This document shows positions 27,226-36,642 of a stretch of 64,000 nucleotides of DNA, in pieces. Every line of letters begins with the position of its first letter. Position 1 is the first letter of the stretch. Origin of the DNA: a virus. Taxonomy: Duplodnaviria; Heunggongvirae; Uroviricota; Caudoviricetes. The notes beneath the pieces were generated by a model. The model saw only the letters and a list, made by a program, of their open reading frames with translations. It was not told the origin of the DNA and did no database searches. Both the position numbers and the translations under genes were made by a program. The stretch is from positions 1 to 64,000 of the IMG/VR virus record IMGVR_UViG_3300028581_000022; one strand, 5' to 3'.

Positions 27226-27628
27226 AGAAGTTCTTTAAAATATTGGTTTGAGTAGGTCGGTTTAATACACCTCTCTCATGTTAATCTCCGTTCAAGATAC
27301 AGCCTCTGTTTGTAGGGGAACTTATGTTCCCCAGCGATGCCGTTCCGTTTTTAGCCATTGACTTGTGCATTTGGTTAGGGATGGCAACTTCCATGCGTAA
27401 CTCTCTGACGAGAACCTCTGTGTACCGTAGCAGTGATTCCACGCTATCTCAACCAATCGGTTCTCTGCCAAGAGGCGTAAGTCGGTGGGAAGGCATCCCA
27501 TTGAGCCAAAAATGAGTGCCGTTGGTTGCAAGGAAATGAGCAACCTTGTAATCAACGGAGCTCACACTCATTATGTAAACAAAGCGGTGCCCAGATTGCT
27601 ATATTGCGGTCTGGGCATTTGCCTTTTG
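27226..27628 (+). ncRNA. candidate structured ncRNA 2 (~400 nt, ~50% GC)
   Basis: GC-rich island in ~30% GC genome; perfect hairpin GGGGAAC-UUAU-GUUCCCC (27313-27330); only short overlapping ORFs on both strands; ends in strong intrinsic terminator. Confidence 0.45.
27589..27628 (+). terminator. intrinsic terminator of ncRNA locus
   Basis: GCCCAGAUUGC-uauauu-GCGGUCUGGGC (11-bp stem, 2 G.U) followed by AUUUGCCUUUUGU. Confidence 0.6.
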
Positions 27629-27633
27629 TAATG

Positions 27634-27651
27634 TGAACACATTTGTGTACA
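27634..27651. promoter_or_regulatory. near-copy of TGTACAC-ATTT-GTGTACA operator-like palindrome
   Basis: TGAACACATTTGTGTACA, one mismatch to sites at 13229 and 13519. Confidence 0.35.
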
Positions 27652-27670
27652 CGACCACAGCCGAGCTGAG

Positions 27671-27982
27671 TTAATCGTTAAGTTGTTGTGGATTTTGTTC
27701 TGATTCTTCAGGTTTTGAAGTAATCTTTTCCTTTTGAATTTGGTTTATGATATAACCTGAAACAGCGAATTCAGCAGCAGCCCATAAAAGGAATTCACCC
27801 ATTGTTAGGGTTGGAAGATGTGTAAGGAAGAAATAAATCATACCCCATTGGGCAATGATGAAAGCTACACCAGATTCTATTCTTTTTTTAGAGAAGAATG
27901 AGTCTTGAGCTGAATAGATTTTACCAATTTCTCTGATAAACCATTTGATGTTTTCCCATCCGAAGAAGTAGTTGTTTTTCAT
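27671..27982 (-). CDS. hypothetical membrane protein
   Basis: 103 aa; hydrophobic segments GVAFIIAQWGMIYFFLTHL and FLLWAAAEFAVSGYII. Confidence 0.45.
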   Translation of the reverse strand: MKNNYFFGWENIKWFIREIGKIYSAQDSFFSKKRIESGVAFIIAQWGMIYFFLTHLPTLTMGEFLLWAAAEFAVSGYIINQIQKEKITSKPEESEQNPQQLND

Positions 27983-28039
27983 TTTAAATAATTTTGTTTA
28001 CTGTAAATATCTTACTGTAAACAAAACCATCTAAAAGCT

Positions 28040-28080
28040 TTGAAAAAAAAAACCCCAGAGATTCTCTGGGGCCTTTATTT
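28040..28080 (-). terminator. intrinsic terminator (minus strand) after 28089..28346
   Basis: CCCCAGAGAttcTCTCTGGGG hairpin flanked by A10 on + strand (T-run on minus). Confidence 0.55.
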
Positions 28081-28088
28081 AGCCTACT

Positions 28089-28346
28089 TTATTTAATGAT
28101 AGCCTTCAGTTCAGCTTTGATACGTTTGGCTGTGTCACCTCTGTAGGTTGACGCATTCGCCAAGAAGTAGTTAACAATGCTACTAGCTGAATCGTAGCCG
28201 TACTTGCTGTTTTTATCTGTCAGGCTTTCCATTGCATCCAAGTAGGGCGCAGCACCAAAGTAGATACCGTTTTTGGATGTTGCTTTCCAGTCTTTCCTGA
28301 TTTCTCTTGCTATTTCGTATAGCGGACGTTGAGTTGATTGTGACAT
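28089..28346 (-). CDS. hypothetical protein
   Basis: 85 aa; own minus-strand early promoter. Confidence 0.5.
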   Translation of the reverse strand: MSQSTQRPLYEIAREIRKDWKATSKNGIYFGAAPYLDAMESLTDKNSKYGYDSASSIVNYFLANASTYRGDTAKRIKAELKAIIK

Positions 28347-28364
28347 GTATTTGATTGTTTGATT

Positions 28365-28404
28365 GGTGCAAAGATAAACAATTATTTTGAATTTCCAAAC
28401 TTTT
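28365..28404 (-). promoter_or_regulatory. early promoter, minus strand
   Basis: reverse complement AAAAGTTTGGAAATTCAAAATAATTGTTTATCTTTGCACC. Confidence 0.55.
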
Positions 28405-28496
28405 ATCTTACTTTCTTAAAAAAAAATTTTTTTTCCGTTTTTATTTGCTTTTATCATTTTATTTACTATCTTTGCAATCAAATAAAACTAATCAAT

Positions 28497-28763
28497 ATGG
28501 CAAAACGTAGAAAAACAAAACAAACAATCTTAAAAGGTGAGGGTGCAAACCAACACACCTTGTATGGTAACTTCTCAACAGAAGCAACATTAACAGATTT
28601 TGCAGAAATATCTGTGAAAGCAGATAGCGTGTTAAAACACGAAGAACCTAATGGCAAATTTGCCGAACACAAAGGACTGCAAGTTGAACAAGGTAATTGG
28701 GTAATGGGTAGGCAAGTAGAGTACAATCCATTCTCTCAAAGTGTGTCAAGGGTTTGGGATTGA
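28497..28763 (+). CDS. hypothetical basic protein
   Basis: Met 28497 (MAKRRKTKQTIL..) after TATCTTTGCAA box 28468-28478; listed start 28359 is upstream of promoter. Confidence 0.5.
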   Translation: MAKRRKTKQTILKGEGANQHTLYGNFSTEATLTDFAEISVKADSVLKHEEPNGKFAEHKGLQVEQGNWVMGRQVEYNPFSQSVSRVWD

Positions 28764-28832
28764 TTTATTAACAAAAATGGGTTGGGATATTCTCAACCCA
28801 TTTTCTTGTAACTTTAAATAAAGTAATTTAAA

Positions 28833-29075
28833 ATGGCAAAAACACAAAAACTTGCTCAAAGACAAACCTATGCAAATGGACATATCATGTCTATTGGTTT
28901 AACGGGTGATATTGGTTATGTTAGCATAGAAGATAATAACTTTTACCCTGATGAAGATAGTCGTTCAGAACGAAGAGATTTGAATTTTAATAGAATTATG
29001 ATACCTTTGATGACAAGAGAGCAATTAAAAAATTTGCATACAGCTATTGGTGAGGTATTGAAAAATTCTAAATAA
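28833..29075 (+). CDS. hypothetical protein
   Basis: 80 aa. Confidence 0.45.
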   Translation: MAKTQKLAQRQTYANGHIMSIGLTGDIGYVSIEDNNFYPDEDSRSERRDLNFNRIMIPLMTREQLKNLHTAIGEVLKNSK

Positions 29076-29110
29076 AATTTGGTAGTTCAAATTTTTTTAT
29101 TATCTTTGCA
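29074..29110 (+). promoter_or_regulatory. early promoter
   Basis: AAAATTTGGTAGTTCAAATTTTTTTATTATCTTTGCA. Confidence 0.6.
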
Positions 29111-29125
29111 GTAAATAAACAAAAT

Positions 29126-29461
29126 ATGATACACGATTTATCAACACAAAAGGGTAGAAATGCTTATGTAAAAGCTATGGAAAATAAGATTGAAAAATAT
29201 AAAATATCAATCGAAGTAAGAGATAGTGAGGGTAATGTTTTAGTTGATGATGAAGGGTTAAAACAAATTAGTTTATCTTATGATATAGAAATGTTACCCA
29301 GCAATATGGAGTTTAATTTAAAACAACTTGCAAGGACATTAAAAACATTTATGCCACAGAGAAAAATTAACATTCAAGTATATGTTAAAAATTCAATATC
29401 AGCAACGTATATGAATATGTTCTCGTTTTATGTTGATGAAAATAAATTTGTAAAACATTAA
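29126..29461 (+). CDS. hypothetical protein
   Basis: 111 aa. Confidence 0.5.
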   Translation: MIHDLSTQKGRNAYVKAMENKIEKYKISIEVRDSEGNVLVDDEGLKQISLSYDIEMLPSNMEFNLKQLARTLKTFMPQRKINIQVYVKNSISATYMNMFSFYVDENKFVKH

Positions 29462-29531
29462 ATAAAATTTGGAAATTCAAAATAATTGTTTATCTTTGCA
29501 CCATAATCAATAACAAATAAAACAAACAGTT

Positions 29532-29927
29532 ATGGCAAATCCTTTAATTCATTCAAAAAGTTCAGTTAAGCGTTGGGGTGGCAAGGTAGAAGATTATTTA
29601 CCAATTCACGAATTAATTGATAGCCCAAAAGCTACAATGAACAATAATTCAGCAAGGGTATTAACACATAACACTTGGTTTGCTTATACGATTATTCCAA
29701 AGATATTTGGCTATAACATTGTAAATTCCGATGGCAAAAGTGTAGATACTGTTGATATTGCTATGCTACATATTGCAGAAGATTTTAAAATGAAATTTGT
29801 TCCAACACCACAAGATTATTTGAAGCACATTGAAGTTCAGCCCTGGTTTAACAATGGTGTAAAAGATATTGACAATCCCGAAGCTGAACAAACGGCAAAA
29901 GAATTTTTAGAGAAAATTCGTCAATAA
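29532..29927 (+). CDS. hypothetical protein
   Basis: 131 aa after promoter 29463-29500. Confidence 0.5.
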   Translation: MANPLIHSKSSVKRWGGKVEDYLPIHELIDSPKATMNNNSARVLTHNTWFAYTIIPKIFGYNIVNSDGKSVDTVDIAMLHIAEDFKMKFVPTPQDYLKHIEVQPWFNNGVKDIDNPEAEQTAKEFLEKIRQ

Positions 29928-29986
29928 ATTTGGTAGATTAAAAAATAATACTTATCTTTGCAGTAAACAAATAAAAACAAAAAAAA

Positions 29987-30619
29987 ATGGAAAAAGAAAT
30001 CGTAAACCTTTGGAAAGAGTTAAACATTGACCACGTTAATTTTAATTTTAGTTGTGGTGGTGATAGTATGAATGAAACCGATATTGAGATTTTTGACAAA
30101 GAGGGTGAGTTGGTTGAAAATCAAGAATTGGTTAATTATTTTGACCGAGTAGTGTATAACCGAGTTGATTTTTATGTAAATTCAGATGGACACTATATGG
30201 GTGAAAGTGGAACTGTTGAAATTACTTTAAATGAAGATGAAGATGATTTTTACTACTCAAAGAACGCACAAAGCGAATGGAGTGAACATTTTACAGGACA
30301 AGCCATTGTTACATTGACTGATGAAGAAACTGCCTTTGTGAGTGAATTTGTGGATAATATCAATGGTGGTGGTGATGGCTTTACAATAAACTACAAAAAA
30401 GATTTTATTGTAACTGATAGTCAAGAAAAATTGGTTGCTGAATTGGAAGAAAAAATAAATAAAGTAGCTTATGATTTTGAACCCGAAAATGCACAAGGTG
30501 AAGCGAGTGATTGGATAACATATACAACAAACGAAGATAATGAAGAACTAACACTTGAAGGTAACGAACTGACTTTGAGTGTATCAAGAGAGTATTACGT
30601 TTATACAGAAAGTGAATAA
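29987..30619 (+). CDS. hypothetical acidic protein
   Basis: 210 aa after promoter 29928-29965. Confidence 0.55.
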   Translation: MEKEIVNLWKELNIDHVNFNFSCGGDSMNETDIEIFDKEGELVENQELVNYFDRVVYNRVDFYVNSDGHYMGESGTVEITLNEDEDDFYYSKNAQSEWSEHFTGQAIVTLTDEETAFVSEFVDNINGGGDGFTINYKKDFIVTDSQEKLVAELEEKINKVAYDFEPENAQGEASDWITYTTNEDNEELTLEGNELTLSVSREYYVYTESE

Positions 30620-30687
30620 AAAAACCATAATAAATTTGGTAATACCAAACCTTTTTCTTATCTTTGTTCCACTAAACAATAAACAAT

Positions 30688-31362
30688 ATGCAAATAGTAA
30701 TCAACAACACAAAATTCCCTTACGATTTAGGGTGCGGTTTACTTAAACTGAAACACGAAACTTGCCCATTTGAAGAACTTGCTGACATTTGGGCAGACAT
30801 TAAACCTTTATCTTTTAAAGATATTGCGAGTTTGCCGAACCTTGAACAAAGGCGAGTTGGTATCATTATATTGGGGTTGGAAAGGTTGGTTAGTGAAGTA
30901 AACCCTAAACTAATTAGCAAAAAAACGCTGTCTAAAACAACTATTTGGGTAACAGAGAATGGTGAAGTTGTTGAACACAAATTTAATGATACATACGAAT
31001 TTTACGAAGTATCGGGTGAAGTGTTTAATAAAGGGTTGGAAAGTTGGCAAAAAATGCAAAATTCATACTATGTGAAATGCAAAGATACCTCAACAGATAG
31101 AGAATACCTTATTTGGGTTGAACCAAGAAGTGTGTATAACACCAATAACGAAAATAGTTGGAACTTTGAAGTTAGCAAAATTAATGCCTTACAATGTATT
31201 GCTTGGACGATACAAACCAATGTACCAAAAGGAAACATTGAAAAGATTATCCGACAAGGTGATTGCATACTGATTAAACCAAAAGGAAAATATACAGAGT
31301 TAAAGTCAGCAAGACACTTAACAGAGCAAGAATATAAAACATTACTTGTTGCTGAAAGTTAA
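30688..31362 (+). CDS. hypothetical protein
   Basis: 224 aa after promoter 30633-30668. Confidence 0.55.
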   Translation: MQIVINNTKFPYDLGCGLLKLKHETCPFEELADIWADIKPLSFKDIASLPNLEQRRVGIIILGLERLVSEVNPKLISKKTLSKTTIWVTENGEVVEHKFNDTYEFYEVSGEVFNKGLESWQKMQNSYYVKCKDTSTDREYLIWVEPRSVYNTNNENSWNFEVSKINALQCIAWTIQTNVPKGNIEKIIRQGDCILIKPKGKYTELKSARHLTEQEYKTLLVAES

Positions 31363-31392
31363 ATAAATTTGTTTGTTTGTTTGATGATGAAA

Positions 31393-31421
31393 GGGGTGCA
31401 GAAATGCACCTTTTTTTTTTT
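31393..31421 (+). terminator. intrinsic terminator
   Basis: GGTGCAgaaaTGCACC hairpin + T11. Confidence 0.6.
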
Positions 31422-31483
31422 GAAGAAAAATTTGGAAATGCCAAAAAGTTTTATTATCTTTGACCTAACAAAAACAAATTTAT

Positions 31484-31600
31484 ATGAATAAGGCGGAAGA
31501 ACTTTACATATTACAGCTTTGGATAGCTCATTGGACAAAGTATGCTTATACAATAACTTATACTAAACCTTTTGGTTATGTCAAAGTTTGTAAAAATTAA
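31484..31600 (+). CDS. hypothetical small protein (38 aa)
   Basis: ATG follows promoter 31432-31468 (TTATCTTTGACC). Confidence 0.3.
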   Translation: MNKAEELYILQLWIAHWTKYAYTITYTKPFGYVKVCKN

Positions 31601-31664
31601 ATTAAATAAAAATTTGGAAATACCAAAAAGTTTATTATCTTTGCAGTAACAAAAACGTATAACA

Positions 31665-31952
31665 ATGACACGAGAAAACCTTTTAAATAAACTACACGAA
31701 GCGTTTAGTGAAGATACCAACATAAAAGCAAAACCTTATGACGCTGGCAAAGCGTATGGTGGGTGGTTAGAATTAATAATAGGACAAGTAAATTGTTCTG
31801 AAATGGAAAGTATTGCTATGTTCTTACGCAAAAGATTTTCACAACCTGACCGATATTCACATAACCTACCAAAATTAGTTGCAAAGAGAGAAGGAGTGTG
31901 TTTAATTTTTCAAGATACAGAAGTTGAAAGAGTATTTGGAAATTCAAATTAA
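31665..31952 (+). CDS. hypothetical protein
   Basis: 95 aa after promoter 31606-31643. Confidence 0.5.
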   Translation: MTRENLLNKLHEAFSEDTNIKAKPYDAGKAYGGWLELIIGQVNCSEMESIAMFLRKRFSQPDRYSHNLPKLVAKREGVCLIFQDTEVERVFGNSN

Positions 31953-31987
31953 TTTATTATCTTTGCAGAAACAATTAAAACAAAATT

Positions 31988-32173
31988 ATGTACGAAATCT
32001 ATAACAATTTAGAAGAAAAAACTATATTCAAAGGTAATGAACGTGAATTTATTGTCTTTGTTGAAAAAATAGTTATCGAGAACGAAGATTTTAGCTATTC
32101 AGTATTAGGTGTATCAGATGCAATAGAATACATTGAAGTTTACTGTGCAGATTTAAAACTAATTGAAGGATAA
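31988..32173 (+). CDS. hypothetical small protein
   Basis: 61 aa after TTATCTTTGCAG box 31957-31967. Confidence 0.45.
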   Translation: MYEIYNNLEEKTIFKGNEREFIVFVEKIVIENEDFSYSVLGVSDAIEYIEVYCADLKLIEG

Positions 32174-32222
32174 ATTTGGAAATACCAAAAAGTTTATTAT
32201 CTTTGCATTAAACAAACAAACA

Positions 32223-32549
32223 ATGAGAAATAAAGAATACATAGAGGTTGCTTCGGGTAACGCAACACACTTGAAAGTGGAATTATATTACACAAAGGGT
32301 GGAATGAATTACTTTACAAGTACAAACGAAAGTAGAGGAATTTATTTAAGTGTTTCACCAGTGAACAGAACAACACACGAGGGTGGAATGGTAAGTGAGA
32401 GTTTTACTGCTTTTAGTGGAATTAAGAAACACCTTAAAGATATGGCACGTTTCAGCCAAAAAGCGTTTGATAACTTTGTTGTGGATGAAGAAGTAAAGAA
32501 ACATTTGATTGAATATGTTTGCAGTAAAAATAGTATAACACTTAAATAA
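32223..32549 (+). CDS. hypothetical protein
   Basis: Met 32223 after promoter 32174-32210. Confidence 0.5.
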   Translation: MRNKEYIEVASGNATHLKVELYYTKGGMNYFTSTNESRGIYLSVSPVNRTTHEGGMVSESFTAFSGIKKHLKDMARFSQKAFDNFVVDEEVKKHLIEYVCSKNSITLK

Positions 32550-32555
32550 ATTAAG

Positions 32556-32753
32556 ATGAAAGTAATAGCAAGACACCAAGAGGGTATATCATTGAATGAT
32601 TACGAATATGTCCTTAATGAGGATAATGAAGTAATTTATTTTGAAACGGATGAACAAGCGGTTGAGTTTTTAAACCAACATTCTGACGAACCTTTTACCA
32701 AAGAGGAATGGGATGAACAAGGCATATACATAATTGAAGTTGAGAATAAATAA
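32556..32753 (+). CDS. hypothetical small acidic protein
   Basis: 65 aa; preceded by conserved leader GTATAACACTTAAATAAATTAAGATGA. Confidence 0.45.
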   Translation: MKVIARHQEGISLNDYEYVLNEDNEVIYFETDEQAVEFLNQHSDEPFTKEEWDEQGIYIIEVENK

Positions 32754-32778
32754 TTGTATAACACTTAAATAAATTAAG

Positions 32779-33072
32779 ATGAGTTTAGATTTATTTTTAG
32801 AAGAAGTTGAGTTGGCAGACAATACTACCAATGACAATACATTTGATGTGTTTTATGATTTAAACACAAAACTACTACACGCATTTGAAAATGATGTGGA
32901 AGAAGGTGAGCCGAGAGAATTTGTTTACCGATTAAAGGGTGAACAAGATGATATTGCCAAAGAGCATAGAGAGGAAATTCTTAATTATTGTTTGGCGGTT
33001 GTTTTACCTACTGATGAAGTTGGGTTGGGTGATATTTTTATGCATGGAAAATATATTGAAAGAATTAAGTAA
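32779..33072 (+). CDS. hypothetical acidic protein
   Basis: 97 aa; same conserved leader as previous gene. Confidence 0.45.
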   Translation: MSLDLFLEEVELADNTTNDNTFDVFYDLNTKLLHAFENDVEEGEPREFVYRLKGEQDDIAKEHREEILNYCLAVVLPTDEVGLGDIFMHGKYIERIK

Positions 33073-33213
33073 AACATTTGGTAATTCAGATTTAATTATT
33101 ATCTTTGCAGTAAACAAATAGATATAAAAATTAGGTGAATCAAAATTTATTTCTTATATTTGTTGTTATAAGTATGTATTTTTTTTTTGTTTTACCTTAT
33201 AAAAAAATAAATT

Positions 33214-33357
33214 ATGGAATTTGAAAAATTAACAGAAGAAGAAAAAAAATTATATTCAGAAATAGAATATCTAATTATATTGTGGAGTAATGATGGTTTC
33301 AGAACGGCAGGCTCTCTAACAAGAGAAATAATGAATTTATTACAAGAGAAAAATTAG
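33214..33357 (+). CDS. hypothetical small protein (47 aa)
   Basis: ATG after tandem promoter boxes at 33093-33110 and 33150-33165. Confidence 0.3.
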   Translation: MEFEKLTEEEKKLYSEIEYLIILWSNDGFRTAGSLTREIMNLLQEKN

Positions 33358-33435
33358 TGAATTTATAAAAATTGTAAAATAAATTTGATAATTTAAAATA
33401 GTTTATCTATATTTGCAGTCTAAACAATTAAAAAT

Positions 33436-33816
33436 ATGAACAATCCATTCTCAAGACCACAAGCGGGAGCCTACAAACCATATTTGGTTGAAGCTTTAAA
33501 CAAAGTAGGACGAACAACTGAAGCAAAAGAATTTGCCAATGGCAATATGAAATTGGCTATCTTATCTAGCGTTACGGGTAATGTTAGATTATTCTCCGAA
33601 TTAAACGAAGTATGTGCCAATGCTTTAAACCAATTAGATACCATTGATGAAAATGTAAGGTATTACTTTTGGGGGTTATCTAATGGGCAATTTGGGGTTG
33701 CTTCAAGCAATGGAGCGTATGTATATGACCCTAATGATGTTGTTGCGACATCTTACGTTAAAGCAAGACTTGAAAGTGAAGCTGTGGATAAAGTTAATCC
33801 ATATTTTACCTCATAA
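33436..33816 (+). CDS. hypothetical protein
   Basis: 126 aa after promoter 33378-33416. Confidence 0.5.
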   Translation: MNNPFSRPQAGAYKPYLVEALNKVGRTTEAKEFANGNMKLAILSSVTGNVRLFSELNEVCANALNQLDTIDENVRYYFWGLSNGQFGVASSNGAYVYDPNDVVATSYVKARLESEAVDKVNPYFTS

Positions 33817-33889
33817 ATAATTTATCAAAGATTTGGAGAATTGAAAGATTCTCCTTATCTTTGTTTCCATAATCAAAAACAAAAAAACT

Positions 33890-34015
33890 ATGCCAGTATC
33901 ATTAGTCATCAAACAATTAAGGCTGATAGCAATAGAATTTAATTTGCGTCTTAACAGAGCACACGAGTTCAAATTAGCTTATCAAATACTCTTAGATAGA
34001 GCAGTCTTAACCTAA
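33890..34015 (+). CDS. hypothetical small protein (41 aa)
   Basis: ATG after promoter 33822-33865 (TTATCTTTGTTTCC). Confidence 0.25.
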   Translation: MPVSLVIKQLRLIAIEFNLRLNRAHEFKLAYQILLDRAVLT

Positions 34016-34166
34016 CTATACACAATTGCGTACATATGGCGACAAAGAGAAAGAAACAACTGAAATGGGTGGCTTGGTTTGAGAACCCTATCTGCTTTCA
34101 CACCAAGAAAGAAATGAAAGAGTACTGCAAAGGAAAAATTGTAATGATGTCTAAAATACAACGATA

Positions 34167-34379
34167 ATGAATACAACAGACTTTTTAGATTGGATTGTGC
34201 TTATGGACTTTGCATTTTATCCAACAGACTTTACACCAAATGCGAAGTCGCATTGGTATCTTAAAAGATGTCCAGAAAGGTTCACCAGTGAAGAGATAAT
34301 TAAAATATACTCTGGTGATATGGATAATGAATTAAGAGAGCGTTGGAATTGGGCTGTGGCTGATAGTAAAAGGAAATGA
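34167..34379 (+). CDS. hypothetical protein
   Basis: 70 aa. Confidence 0.4.
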   Translation: MNTTDFLDWIVLMDFAFYPTDFTPNAKSHWYLKRCPERFTSEEIIKIYSGDMDNELRERWNWAVADSKRK

Positions 34380-34412
34380 AAAAGGGCTACCTAATTGGTA
34401 GCCCCTTCATTT

Positions 34413-34679
34413 TTACAGACTTGCTTTGTAGTCTGCCATAATCTTTTCAAATTGTGGCAAACAATCAGCAGCTGTTCTACCTTTCAGACCATAGTAATCT
34501 TTCAGGTCTTTTAACCTTACACGTTTAAATGCCATGCCTTTTGCCATGAGTTTAAGGTTGAAGTGATGAGTTGCCAGTTGATAGCCAAAGTAATCAATTT
34601 GTTTGCTACCATAGCTAACACTTGGTGTTTGCAGTTTACCCTCTTTAGCTTGGGCGACAGCTTTTTCAAAATTTGTCAT
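34413..34679 (-). CDS. hypothetical protein
   Basis: 88 aa; own minus-strand early promoter at 34703-34740. Confidence 0.5.
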   Translation of the reverse strand: MTNFEKAVAQAKEGKLQTPSVSYGSKQIDYFGYQLATHHFNLKLMAKGMAFKRVRLKDLKDYYGLKGRTAADCLPQFEKIMADYKASL

Positions 34680-34702
34680 AGAACGTTTGTTTTGTTTAAC
34701 AG

Positions 34703-34740
34703 TGCAAAGATAGACAAATTTATTTAATTTCCAAATTTAT
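34703..34740 (-). promoter_or_regulatory. early promoter, minus strand
   Basis: reverse complement AAATTTGGAAATTAAATAAATTTGTCTATCTTTGCAC. Confidence 0.55.
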
Positions 34741-34748
34741 CTTCAACT

Positions 34749-34928
34749 TTATTTTCTCATAAAGACTTTATTTTCCAACATACCTTGCTCTATTACTTTG
34801 TAGCGTTCACCCAAAGATAGATTTTTATAACCCTCGAATGGATAAGTAACGTTGGTAACAGGTTTTGGGGTAATATCTGAATTACTTTGTTGTTTCTTAC
34901 TAAACATACTTAATAATGCGTCTATCAT
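34749..34928 (-). CDS. hypothetical small protein (59 aa)
   Basis: Start Met (MIDALLSMF..) placed after minus-strand -7 box TACCTTTGCAGTA (34945-34957); divergent from + promoter at 34995. Confidence 0.4.
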   Translation of the reverse strand: MIDALLSMFSKKQQSNSDITPKPVTNVTYPFEGYKNLSLGERYKVIEQGMLENKVFMRK

Positions 34929-35050
34929 ATTTGAATTATTTACTGCAAAGGTAGAAATAAAAAATAACATTTCCAAAAAAATTTTTTTTTTAAATTAATT
35001 TGGAAATTCGGAAAACTTTTACTATCTTTGCCTTATCAAACAAAACAACA

Positions 35051-35497
35051 ATGGAACCCTTTAATCTTATGTTGGAGCATGGGCTTATTCAAAGTGGCTG
35101 GCAATTTGAATTTGACAACGCAAGGCGCAGGTTTGGCGTATGCAGATTCAGAACCAAAAGAATAGGGTTATCGCAACACCTCGTAGCCTTAAACGATGAA
35201 GCAAAAGTAAAGGACACAATTCTACATGAAATAGCACACGCTTTGGTTGGTGCAAAGCATGGGCATGATTGGGTATGGAAAAGAAAAGCAATAGAGATAG
35301 GGTGCAATGGTGAACGCTGTTATAGTTCAGCAGAAGTGAACACACCACAATCAAGGTATATTGCACTATGTGTTGGTTGTAATACAACACACAAAAAGCA
35401 TAAAGCACCTAAAAATTCGGCTTCATGTGGTAAGTGTTCGGGTGGTAGATATAACCCTACATATAAATTAGAATGGAAACTAAACCCTAATTTTTAA
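35051..35497 (+). CDS. SprT-like zinc metallopeptidase with C-terminal Cys4 zinc ribbon
   Basis: ARRRFGVCRF..IGLS then HEIAHAL (HExxH) ..GH..W; C-terminal CVGC..C..C; Met 35051 after promoter 34996-35032. Confidence 0.55.
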   Translation: MEPFNLMLEHGLIQSGWQFEFDNARRRFGVCRFRTKRIGLSQHLVALNDEAKVKDTILHEIAHALVGAKHGHDWVWKRKAIEIGCNGERCYSSAEVNTPQSRYIALCVGCNTTHKKHKAPKNSASCGKCSGGRYNPTYKLEWKLNPNF

Positions 35498-35560
35498 CAA
35501 ATTGGGGTTTGGAAATTAGGAAAACTTTATTATCTTTGCAGTAACAAAAAACAAACAACT

Positions 35561-35845
35561 ATGAAAAAAATCATTTTAATTTTATTGGTATTAGCAACTA
35601 CTTTTATTGTTACCAAAGCAAATAACAATAAAACAGAATTAGTAATAAACGAAGAATTGAAATTGGTAAATGGTGGTGATTATATCGAAGTCATTACTAC
35701 TAATGTGGTTATTGCCAATCAGTTTCATGGTGATAAAGAGGTTTTATATTACTTTTCCGAAATGGATAAAAACAGTAAACAATATGTTTTTATTATAAGT
35801 AAGTCAAATAAAGACTATTTGTTAAAAAAACTAAATGTTAAATAA
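35561..35845 (+). CDS. secreted/signal-peptide protein
   Basis: MKKIILILLVLATTFIVTKA signal-like N-terminus; promoter 35507-35543. Confidence 0.5.
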   Translation: MKKIILILLVLATTFIVTKANNNKTELVINEELKLVNGGDYIEVITTNVVIANQFHGDKEVLYYFSEMDKNSKQYVFIISKSNKDYLLKKLNVK

Positions 35846-35900
35846 ATTTTGGAAACACCAAAAACTTTATTATCTTTGCAGTAACAAAAACAAAGAAGCA

Positions 35901-36077
35901 ATGAGTCAAATTGAAACACAACTAAGGTCTATTGATTATCTTAGCCGTTTGCAGTACCAAAAACACTTAAAAAACCTTTCAGACCTTACAGATTCAAAAG
36001 ATGAAAAAGAGAGGTACAAAAAAGTAATACAGCTAATTGATAATTTAAATGCTGTAAATTTTGAATTTTCAAATTAA
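35901..36077 (+). CDS. hypothetical small protein
   Basis: Met 35901 after promoter 35848-35885. Confidence 0.4.
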   Translation: MSQIETQLRSIDYLSRLQYQKHLKNLSDLTDSKDEKERYKKVIQLIDNLNAVNFEFSN

Positions 36078-36112
36078 TTTACTTATCTTTGCAGTAACAA
36101 AAACAAACAACA

Positions 36113-36412
36113 ATGGCAAAAGCAAAACAAATTAACTTTCAAACAATTACCCTACGTTTACAAGTATCTTCACGTGGTGGTGGAATTGAAATTGACCTTA
36201 CAACTTTAGGGTTTAAGGGTGAAAAAATGGCAGCCTATCAAAACTACTTAGGTGGTGGACTATTAGGCAGAGTATGTGTAAATGATACTATTACGTCCTT
36301 TGATAAGCCTTGCACCGATAAGCAAAGAGCTAAATTGGAACGTATTGGTGAGCAACTGAAACAACACTACCATAGCTTGACCCAATTCCGCCACCTGACT
36401 ATGTATTATTAA
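36113..36412 (+). CDS. hypothetical protein
   Basis: 99 aa after TTATCTTTGCAG box 36083-36095. Confidence 0.5.
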   Translation: MAKAKQINFQTITLRLQVSSRGGGIEIDLTTLGFKGEKMAAYQNYLGGGLLGRVCVNDTITSFDKPCTDKQRAKLERIGEQLKQHYHSLTQFRHLTMYY

Positions 36413-36460
36413 TACAATAACAATCTGAATTTACCCAATGCAAATGATAGGGTTGTTTTT

Positions 36461-36490
36461 AATGTACCATTGTGGTACATTTTGTCTTTT
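36461..36490. terminator. intrinsic terminator (perfect 9-bp inverted repeat)
   Basis: AATGTACCA-ttg-TGGTACATT + TTTGTCTTTT. Confidence 0.5.
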
Positions 36491-36642
36491 CTAAATCCAA
36501 AGAAATTACTTTAATGTTTTACTAATGTTGCTTTCATAACTTATTTCTTTTAGCATTGCAAAGATACAAATAAATTCCCACACAACCAAACAAAGTTATT
36601 AACAAAAAAATGTTGATAAACTATTTTTAAAATAATTCATTT

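Noticed and set aside
27405-27415. CUGACGAG resembling the hammerhead ribozyme CUGANGA core inside ncRNA 2
   Set aside because: No GAAA/CGAAAC partner element or appropriate stem II/III geometry nearby. The match is too short to be meaningful.
27324-27515. 63-aa ORF inside the GC-rich locus, with antisense 77-aa ORF 27322..27555
   Set aside because: Both strands give equally long ORFs, the usual behaviour of GC-rich non-coding DNA. Codon usage is unlike any other gene here, and the region is better explained as structured RNA.
27226-27628. ncRNA 2 as tmRNA or RNase P RNA
   Set aside because: Lacks the tmRNA tRNA-like 3' end and tag-reading-frame features. Lacks RNase P conserved AGGAAAGUCCGG / P4 elements.
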